Virus record (IMG/VR): IMGVR_UViG_3300005739_000025
Strand: one strand, 5' to 3'
From: a virus
Lineage: Duplodnaviria; Caudoviricetes
Length of the DNA stretch: 64,000 bases
The notes beneath the pieces are model-generated. The model had not been told where the DNA came from. It did not search any database and was given only the letters and a program-made list of their open reading frames with translations. The position numbers were made by a program, and so were the translations under genes. Numbering within the stretch: the stretch's first letter is position 1; each line of letters opens with the position of its first letter. This document shows, one piece after another, positions 57,701-64,000 of the stretch.

Positions 57701-59137
57701 TTTACTAAAATACCAGAATATACATTACAATTATCGACTAATTTACCAGGTACATCAGCCTTTACAATAGATGGTAAAATATCTTGTGGTAACACGTGTT
57801 CAGCTATATACTTAGACGGTGACTTTGCTATATTATCAGCAACTAAAGCTCCTGCAGGCTATTTCTTCGAAGGATTTAAAGGAGGTCCATGCGGTGGTAA
57901 CAACCCTTGTGGTCTGCCAATGACTCAAAACTACTATTTAACCGCTACTTATCTTTCTGGCAATTCAGAAATATTACTTACTAAAGATTTTAATGGTTTA
58001 GAATATGGTCCTATATTAGGTAGAATAAACAATGTAGCTATTGAATTATTAGATTCTAACGAGAATACCGTATGTTACAATGATGGTCCATATGACTTTG
58101 GCTCTATTGTATGTTCACTATCACCGTCGTTGGAAATTTATGGGTTTAAGACTATTGTAGCGCCTAGAAACGAATTTGTTTTAATTTCTGCAAATATAAT
58201 GGCACCTTATGTTTTGGAAAAGTACGAAGGTTCGCCCTGTCAAAACTTTACAGATGTTTGCGGATTTTTTGCAGAAACTAATACATATAACATTACCGCG
58301 TTTTTAAATGCACCAATTTATACAATTAATATTCTAAATTCTGGTAGTGGTCTTTTTTATACACAATCAACAGATGGTAATATAAATTGCGGATCACTAA
58401 GTTTAGCAAACTTTAGAGATAAATGTGCGTTTAGTTATTTATCAGGTACTATGATAACCCTGTCAGGTATTGCTTTAGGCGCTTCTAAAATGATACAATT
58501 AAATGCGGAAGATTATGTATCATATGCTTCAAACTTAGTTACTGGAGATCAAGAATTACAGTTAACTTTTCCTGTAACTAAAAATTTAGCAGTAACAGCT
58601 GCCGGGGTAGGAAATACCTTTAGAACTTTAACAATTATTAAATCAGGTTTCAATACTCTCACCACCGCCTACAACGATGCAATAGTAACAATAGATAATT
58701 ATGGTGAATTGATTAATGTAAACTCAGGCGTTTCGGCTCAAACGTTTAATTTTATAGATACTTCAGAGTTAAAATTATTTCCAAGATTTACCCCGGCCTC
58801 AAATAATTATCTTTATACAATTGGTTCTTCTGCGCTTTATTATATTTTATCTTCCGGTCCGGGATTAGTTTTTTCTGACGGTAACCCGATAACGGTATTT
58901 CAATCAGACACCGTTTTATCAAATAGTTTGTTTAATTTAATACCTAACCCTGGTAATTTTCCTCTATTTGTAAATAGTATTGATGCGTACGTTACTTTTT
59001 CTAATCCGGTAACATATGTTACTATGACAGAACCAATAACAGCTATTTTTGTTTATTCAGACGCTGGACGTCTAGTAACAGAAGAAAATATTGACTTAGA
59101 TATTCTAACAGAAAGATTACAGTTAATATATATATAA
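54743..59137 (+). CDS. very large baseplate/fibre protein with divergent InlB B-type repeats
   Basis: TAAATA 6 nt before the second ATG (54743); C-terminal repeats K.GTG.G.V.S....I.CG..C...F.GW.G.PC....C.......TA.F. Confidence 0.65.
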   Translation: MSDYSKALLFKSSGPATFLNWLELQETVSPNFSVNLKNYQSYIKEWGVLKNSKKGSSDKFFSDLYINLLREITLNFSTEEERRFIVNFDFTKTDNLDTILPFFIEKIKSICLYYCGKRDKLKQKISLLPFKGTTFSVQKAIKTIILEDIESGNVLKFAEGRVNFPSLSSINKNLSVKVEEIYDSTDYFNTNTVYENVSSYGFNEIDPNLYIDFKESIINAINQYPLFLTNIRNSLSLSYNLSGNELYYLKERDFLNYIFSLSSEDLKLNLKQKLAPKYASCDFYYLSVGSTINDIFSGVLFTTKPLTGANTQNLSNRDKSAFATVQSLDQIYTTYEMGKFFIPSNTGVLQYNTIDKKIAINYKKLSPNGVYVFPDPGVVESSDLDYPIIYRVNLSWNKESLESGFKLGDVISNSYYQRFYPYESYSQDVVNQPYGLSLAKDNVDFWNGEKDSVWTDSDLWPGLNEIESLPLDTRLNSLLQDKGFLTEWYTDIYGNEFGLYKRVSENENIFNKRKFIQGDLYVKNSLTGLVSSANHFFNNIFLKYPTEIQKELFNKHLSFYLIKNVFVVETENYVIVDSYNFEFSTGKFLNTLLPGIYIPKYTINSNLEKYINSYYVESTNKLYLCFVKLLPSLSASNYKNVYPTIYELDVDSLEFKQKYPGLQLDVSIHTLSSFKYDNFPEVDIRYIEGAKFSYKEKFNLFNLTYCGYNLNGIPFYINEQFSISDGSGDIVSYFPILNKPYFYTRDINFSNPNPDYKFRFTGNYSEPAGFNDLENFNFDKLNIDYNNFHYNTKVNPVFINIPGSHYVHFDFDQYIFGNVYIGCENLKVTKIDNFNFLEFITEQNDLTSLRISSDEIWYKVRNYSFNNYTFSLSVLRPKNTNGAVLKFNASTSLSGFSGVFCKNLYSVYRNVKIVKSGTGNGIVTSDPFCLDCGNLCEFLYPINGTLTLIPSAGFRSVFGGWLGAPCQGLASNCFLAITDNTTITAIFTKIPEYTLQLSTNLPGTSAFTIDGKISCGNTCSAIYLDGDFAILSATKAPAGYFFEGFKGGPCGGNNPCGLPMTQNYYLTATYLSGNSEILLTKDFNGLEYGPILGRINNVAIELLDSNENTVCYNDGPYDFGSIVCSLSPSLEIYGFKTIVAPRNEFVLISANIMAPYVLEKYEGSPCQNFTDVCGFFAETNTYNITAFLNAPIYTINILNSGSGLFYTQSTDGNINCGSLSLANFRDKCAFSYLSGTMITLSGIALGASKMIQLNAEDYVSYASNLVTGDQELQLTFPVTKNLAVTAAGVGNTFRTLTIIKSGFNTLTTAYNDAIVTIDNYGELINVNSGVSAQTFNFIDTSELKLFPRFTPASNNYLYTIGSSALYYILSSGPGLVFSDGNPITVFQSDTVLSNSLFNLIPNPGNFPLFVNSIDAYVTFSNPVTYVTMTEPITAIFVYSDAGRLVTEENIDLDILTERLQLIYI

Positions 59138-59147
59138 ATAAAAAAAT

Positions 59148-60410
59148 ATGGCAGCAGGTATTAAAATTTCTCAATTAGCAGGCGGTGGTAGTGCGCTTGA
59201 AGGTGATACAATACCTATTGCAAGAGGTGGCAATACCTTTAAACTTACTGTAGGTGATATAGCAGGTTCTTTAACCGCAGCAAGCAACTCAATAAAGGGT
59301 AATCCTACAGCAGCTACTGCAAAAGCTATAGATATTTCTTTAGCTAATCATAGTATATTAGCAAGAACAGGTAGTAATATAGAAAATATTTTAGCTAACC
59401 CTAATACTGTACTTTGCAGATTAGAGTCTGACTCAACTTTAGCTTTTAGATCATTTACAGGAGATTTAATTCAAAATAATACAATTTCAAACGCAAAGCT
59501 TTCGCAAATGGCTGCTTATACCATAAAGCTTAATAACACGGGAAATACCGCAAACGCATCAGATTTTGCTATAGCAGATAATTCCGTTTTAGTAAGAAGT
59601 GGTAATTTTACTAGTTTGGTTGCAAACAACAACACGATATTAAGAAGACTTGGTGGTACCTCTACCTTAGAGTTTGGTCAGGTTACAACAGATTTAATAG
59701 TTAATGGTGCTATTAATTCAGATAAATTGGCAGCGGGCTCGGTAACAAATAATGCTATAACTGACAATACAATTTCCGGTAATAAACTTGTAGCAAACTC
59801 AGTTAATTTAGATAGAATACAGCAAATAGCTGGACAAACAGTCTTGGGTAATGTTGGTACTGGATTAGGCAATACTGCTGCGGTAAAAGTTACACCAAAT
59901 CTACTTTCAACCGGTGCTCCTAGTTGGGACGCTGACGGGAATGTAACTGCTAACGGGAATGTAACAGTTGTTAAAAATTTACAAATAGGTAGCGGTTCTT
60001 TTGCTACAACTATTAATTCTTCATCAATTACAAGTATAGTAACAAGAAGAATAGAGTGTGATAGAATTAACGTTGATAGGCCTGTAGAAACAAAAGTAGT
60101 AGTGCCGATTGTAAATAATGCTATTGAAATTGATTTAAATAGAGGCACCGTTTTTGTGGTGGAAAATAAAAATGTTAATATTGATTCTATAACTACCACT
60201 AACAATCAATCTATTGATGAAGTGGTTAGCTTTATACTACAAATTGTTAGTGGAGGTAATACAGTAATTTCATGGCCAGCATCTTTTAAATGGACAAATG
60301 GATTTTCACCTTTTCTGTCGCCAACTGCAGGCAAAACTGATACATTTGGATTTTTTTCTTACAATAGTGGTAATACATGGTGGGCTTTTACATTAGGTTT
60401 AAATGCATAA
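59148..60410 (+). CDS. tail fibre protein A
   Basis: GIKISQL N-terminus; I..N.I...KL repeats; C-terminal WPASFKW...P......DTFGF..Y..G.TW domain. Confidence 0.7.
   Translation: MAAGIKISQLAGGGSALEGDTIPIARGGNTFKLTVGDIAGSLTAASNSIKGNPTAATAKAIDISLANHSILARTGSNIENILANPNTVLCRLESDSTLAFRSFTGDLIQNNTISNAKLSQMAAYTIKLNNTGNTANASDFAIADNSVLVRSGNFTSLVANNNTILRRLGGTSTLEFGQVTTDLIVNGAINSDKLAAGSVTNNAITDNTISGNKLVANSVNLDRIQQIAGQTVLGNVGTGLGNTAAVKVTPNLLSTGAPSWDADGNVTANGNVTVVKNLQIGSGSFATTINSSSITSIVTRRIECDRINVDRPVETKVVVPIVNNAIEIDLNRGTVFVVENKNVNIDSITTTNNQSIDEVVSFILQIVSGGNTVISWPASFKWTNGFSPFLSPTAGKTDTFGFFSYNSGNTWWAFTLGLNA
59156..59897 (+). repeat. copy 1 of a ~740-bp imperfect direct repeat (fibre N-terminus)
   Basis: Colinear with 61874-62615 at a constant offset of about 2718 nt, with long identical blocks. 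Confidence 0.9.
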
Positions 60411-61840
60411 TGTCTACGTTATCTAAATTGTTTCGTTCAACACCGCTTGTTGGTACAATGTGGGAAAGAATAGCCTTACCCTCGTTAGGTACGTGGTACG
60501 GGGCTGTTGGCGGTAACGGTAAATATATTGCTGTTCGTGGTCAAGCAGAAAGAACAAATATAGGAGCTTTTAGTAGCGATGGTTATATTTGGCAGGGTAT
60601 AACTTTGACGTCTACATCGTTAGAAAAATATGATATAGCATATGGTAATGGTAGATTTATAACTATGGGGTTTAACACCAATACTTTTATAACCTCTTTA
60701 AATGGAACTGACTGGACGTCAGGCACGTTGGGAGCTAGTCGTTCTTGGGTTAGTTTGGCATACGGAAACGGAAGATGGGTAATAATATCTTACCAAAATA
60801 CTAACGTTTCTACTTCTACAAATGGAACTTCTTTTTCAATAAATTCAAATTTACCCGCTACCAGGGATTGGTGGAGAGTGAGATTTGGAAATGGTATGTT
60901 TATTGCTACCGCTTTAAACTCAACATCGTACGCCACTTCTACTGATGGTTTAAATTGGACCTCTAGAACGTTTCCCACAGTTCCTAGTTGTAATACATGG
61001 AGAGGTATAGCGTATGGCAATGGTGTTTGGATAATAGTTGGTGCTAACTCTGGTTCGAATAATAATATAGCACTTAGAAGTAGTGATGGTATAAATTGGA
61101 CACAAGTAACACTACCTAGTAGTAGAGGGTGGACAGCTGTTATTTTTACAGGCAGGTTGTTTGTTGCTATTTCTTTTGGTGGTGTAACTGTTGTATCGAG
61201 TGATGGTTTAAATTGGAAAGTAGTAGATAACTTACCAGCTAATTCGTGTAATTTTATAAGTATGTCTTATGATAGTGCAGGGGATAAAATTGTTGCAACA
61301 GGCTTTGGTGGAACACAAATTGTGTCGCCAGCTGAAGATCAGAAAATAATAGCTCAAGGTTCAGTTACAGGTGGTAGTTCTAGTTATTCTAAAACTATCC
61401 AAAGCTTTATTAATGAATACGGTCCCCGGTTACAATATATTGGAGGTGGCACAGGGGGTGGTGGCGCAGGAAGTGGAACAACATCTGCAGGTACTTTTAC
61501 AACATCTTCAGGTAGGTGGTCTGGTGCTGCTTTAGTTTTTACTGATATAAGACTACAAAATGGTAGACTTATAGCTAACGTGAGATATGGCTCTGCTGGA
61601 GCTGAGGGTTTTAATTCATTAGCAGGAGCTCGTACAGCTATTCAAAACGGTAGAAATGCTGCTATTAGTAATAGTAATGTAGATATAACAGATATGACTT
61701 TGTCTCTTACTTTTGGTAGTAGTACTAGTACGAATTCAGCTTCATATGCTGTTGTAATAGGAATAGGACCTTTAACAGATGGTTTAACCGACACAGGGGG
61801 TAATATTTTGTGGGTATCTCCTCCTAGAGGCTTAGCTTAA
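60410..61840 (+). CDS. beta-propeller protein (W..IAYGNG.F / S.DG..W repeats), putative receptor-binding partner
   Basis: Start moved to ATG 60410, which overlaps the TAA of fibre A; about six or seven repeats. Confidence 0.7.
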   Translation: MSTLSKLFRSTPLVGTMWERIALPSLGTWYGAVGGNGKYIAVRGQAERTNIGAFSSDGYIWQGITLTSTSLEKYDIAYGNGRFITMGFNTNTFITSLNGTDWTSGTLGASRSWVSLAYGNGRWVIISYQNTNVSTSTNGTSFSINSNLPATRDWWRVRFGNGMFIATALNSTSYATSTDGLNWTSRTFPTVPSCNTWRGIAYGNGVWIIVGANSGSNNNIALRSSDGINWTQVTLPSSRGWTAVIFTGRLFVAISFGGVTVVSSDGLNWKVVDNLPANSCNFISMSYDSAGDKIVATGFGGTQIVSPAEDQKIIAQGSVTGGSSSYSKTIQSFINEYGPRLQYIGGGTGGGGAGSGTTSAGTFTTSSGRWSGAALVFTDIRLQNGRLIANVRYGSAGAEGFNSLAGARTAIQNGRNAAISNSNVDITDMTLSLTFGSSTSTNSASYAVVIGIGPLTDGLTDTGGNILWVSPPRGLA

Positions 61841-61865
61841 TTTTTATTATAAATAAATATATTAT

Positions 61866-63719
61866 ATGTCCCAAGGTATTAAAATTTCTCAATTAACAGG
61901 CGGTGGTAGTGCGCTTGAAGGTGATACAATACCTATTGCAAGAGGTGGCAATACCTTTAAACTTACTGTAGGTGATATAGCAGGTTCTTTAACCGCAGCA
62001 AGCAACTCAATAAAGGGTAATCCCACTTTATCTCTTGCAAAGGCAGTAGATATAGTCTTATCACCCCATAGCATACTTGCAAGAACTAGCTCAACAATAG
62101 AAAATTTAATTGCAGAAACTAATACAGTTTTATGTAGACTTGATGCTAACTCAACTTTAGCTTTTAGATCATTTACAGGAGATTTAATTCAAAATAATAC
62201 AATATCTAATACAAAATTATCACAAGCACCTGCTTATACCATAAAGCTTAATAACACGGGAAATACCGCAAACGTTGGCGATTTTGCTATAGCAGATAAT
62301 TCCGTTTTAGTAAGAAGTGGTAATTTTACTAGTTTAGTTGCTGGTAATAATACCATACTAAGAAGACTTGGTGGTACCTCTACCTTAGAGTTTGGTCAGG
62401 TTACAACAGATTTAATTGATAACAATGCCATAACTTCTGATAAATTAAATATCGGGTCTGTAACAAATAATGCTATAACTGACAATACAATTTCCGGTAA
62501 TAAACTTGTAGCAAACTCAGTTAATTTAGATAGAATTCAGCAAATAACCGGTCAATCTGTTTTAGGAAACGTTGGTACTGGATTGGGCAATATTGGTGCG
62601 GTAAAAGTTACACCAGGTTTGCTGTCAACAGGAGGCCCTTCATGGAATACGTTAGGCGATTTAACACCCTCATCTGGTAAATTAATAGGCAATGCAGATA
62701 CAGCTACAAGTTTGCAAACTGCTAGAAATATTACTGTTGGAGGTACTAGTAGATCGTTTGATGGGTCTAGTAATATTTCATGGACATTAGATAATATTAT
62801 TCAAGGACAAGCAGATATATTAGCATTTAATAATGGAGGGTTTGGAACTGTTACAACAAGAACAGATGGAACTTATAAGTATTACATTTTTAAAGTTAAT
62901 GATTCTATAAGTGATTTTACATGGATACAAGCAGGTTTTTTAGTTATAACAAACTGTATATCTATACCTGTAGAGTTATTTTTAGTAGGAGGAGGGGGTG
63001 GAGGAGGTTCTAGGCTCTATGCTGGAGGTGGAGGAGGGGGTGACGCGCGATTTTTTTATGGCGTTTTAGGAGCGAATACTTATGTTGCTAATGTGGGTTG
63101 TGGTGGTTTTGGAGGTGGTCGTCGTTTTTCAAACCCAACAACGATCGAGTACATGCCAGGTGAAAATGGTGGTCCTACTGAATTTGCTGGTTATACCGTA
63201 TTGGGTGGTGGAGGTGGAGGATCTTCTAATGATAACGTTACAGCTATGAATGGCACACCTAGCATGGGTCGTCCGGGTGGTAGTGCAGGTGGTGCTAGTG
63301 GTTATGCGCCATATTTCCTACCAAGCAGTATAGGTTTTGGTACACGAGGTGGTAGAGGTGGGTTATATGGCGGAGGAGGTGGTGGAGGTGCTCTTTCCCC
63401 AGGAGATTCCGGGACAAATAGTGTAGGGGGTAGAGGTGGTGAAGGTAACACAAGTAACCGAGAAACAGGTAGTGATTTAGTCTACGGATCGGGTGGAGGT
63501 GGGGGTGGTTATAGTAATAGTGGCGGCAACAATAATTGGGGACTTGGTGGTACAAGAGCAGGTAGAGGTGGTGGTAATAATCAAGCTCCATTAAATGGTG
63601 TAAATTCTTCGGGTGGTGGAGGGGGTGGTGCAAATAATTTGGGTCCTGGTGGTACCGGTGGACACGGCATTATAGTAGTTAGGATAAATAATATACACAT
63701 TAAATCATCAAATATATGA
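61866..63719 (+). CDS. tail fibre protein B with a glycine-rich C-terminal domain
   Basis: N-terminus paralogous to fibre A; LFLVGGGGGGG and GSGGGGG glycine-rich tip; late promoter upstream. Confidence 0.75.
   Translation: MSQGIKISQLTGGGSALEGDTIPIARGGNTFKLTVGDIAGSLTAASNSIKGNPTLSLAKAVDIVLSPHSILARTSSTIENLIAETNTVLCRLDANSTLAFRSFTGDLIQNNTISNTKLSQAPAYTIKLNNTGNTANVGDFAIADNSVLVRSGNFTSLVAGNNTILRRLGGTSTLEFGQVTTDLIDNNAITSDKLNIGSVTNNAITDNTISGNKLVANSVNLDRIQQITGQSVLGNVGTGLGNIGAVKVTPGLLSTGGPSWNTLGDLTPSSGKLIGNADTATSLQTARNITVGGTSRSFDGSSNISWTLDNIIQGQADILAFNNGGFGTVTTRTDGTYKYYIFKVNDSISDFTWIQAGFLVITNCISIPVELFLVGGGGGGGSRLYAGGGGGGDARFFYGVLGANTYVANVGCGGFGGGRRFSNPTTIEYMPGENGGPTEFAGYTVLGGGGGGSSNDNVTAMNGTPSMGRPGGSAGGASGYAPYFLPSSIGFGTRGGRGGLYGGGGGGGALSPGDSGTNSVGGRGGEGNTSNRETGSDLVYGSGGGGGGYSNSGGNNNWGLGGTRAGRGGGNNQAPLNGVNSSGGGGGGANNLGPGGTGGHGIIVVRINNIHIKSSNI
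61874..62615 (+). repeat. copy 2 of the ~740-bp imperfect direct repeat
   Basis: See copy 1. Confidence 0.9.
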
Positions 63720-63970
63720 TAGTCAAAGATTATATCAACGTTATTTTAAATGATGTTTCTGTTGTCGGAGCTGGCTGGTCCCACATAAAAAGAAGAAGAG
63801 ATTTCATTTTACAGTTAACAGATTGGACTCAAAGTGCCGATAGCCCGTTATCTGAAGAGTTAAAAGAAAAATATAGAATATACAGAAAAGAACTTAGAGA
63901 GTTACCCCAAAAATATCCAAACCCCGACGATGTAATTTGGCCTGTTTCCCCTACTGATAAATACATATAA
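63716..63970 (+). CDS. tail fibre assembly chaperone-like protein
   Basis: RRDFIL..TDWTQSADSPL...YRKELRELPQ....P..VIWPVSP. Confidence 0.85.
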   Translation: MIVKDYINVILNDVSVVGAGWSHIKRRRDFILQLTDWTQSADSPLSEELKEKYRIYRKELRELPQKYPNPDDVIWPVSPTDKYI

Positions 63971-63988
63971 GTTGTTAAATAATATTAT

Positions 63989-64000
63989 ATGCTTTTCAAC
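63989..64000 (+). CDS. start of a late gene cut off by the window end
   Basis: TTAAATA 7 nt before ATG CTT TTC AAC. Confidence 0.35.

Noticed and set aside
59156-62615. Invertible fibre switch or diversity-generating retroelement
   Set aside because: The repeats are direct rather than inverted, both copies are coding N-termini, differences are not obviously adenine-specific, and no invertase or reverse transcriptase is in the window.
388-63633. Numerous shadow ORFs in the track (for example 388-594, 1863-2186, 3470-3676, 5358-5615, 17960-18316, 33116-33544, 47188-47487, 59678-60205, 63295-63633)
   Set aside because: They lie antisense or out of frame within well-supported genes and lack both promoter motifs and recognisable domains.
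62990-63670. GGN-rich repeats as G-quadruplex or array elements
   Set aside because: They are fully explained by the glycine-rich fibre tip.
1-64000. Stop-codon reassignment, tRNA genes, rRNA, CRISPR arrays, integrase
   Set aside because: Core genes are intact in the standard bacterial code, intergenic gaps are almost all under 90 nt, and no cloverleaf or repeat-spacer pattern was seen.

Overview
This AT-rich, densely coded 64-kb segment comes from a large lytic T4-like myovirus that is distant from T4 itself. It carries the replication, recombination and late-transcription core (uvsY, uvsW, gp55 late sigma, gp47/gp46, gp43 PolB, uvsX, gp41, gp59-like, gp32, gp45, gp61, gp44). It also has nucleotide and auxiliary metabolism genes (folE, thyX, queC-like, heme oxygenase, a PcyA-family bilin reductase, an Ntn glutamine amidotransferase, dUTPase, a DHH phosphoesterase, two glycosyltransferases and an NRS/ER-like sugar epimerase-reductase). 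Virion genes include the large terminase, neck, sheath, tube, baseplate and two paralogous tail fibres. The most notable observations are: (1) a tight thyX-queC*-hemO-pcyA-GATase cluster in which QueC has lost three of four Zn-ligand cysteines and a bilin pathway sits between queC and the amidotransferase; (2) two promoter classes (TTGAWW-N16-TAWAMT and TAAATA) that sit almost always 5-9 nt from the start codon with no Shine-Dalgarno, suggesting largely leaderless expression; (3) about a dozen scattered, mostly antisense late genes with T4 capsid-targeting-like leaders, including a retropepsin-like protease; (4) a nested in-frame late gene and a hidden 59-aa late ORF missed by the ORF track; (5) a roughly 740-bp duplicated fibre N-terminus carrying different tips. 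I found no tRNA, rRNA, CRISPR array, integrase or intron. All assignments are by-eye motif recognition; no searches were run.
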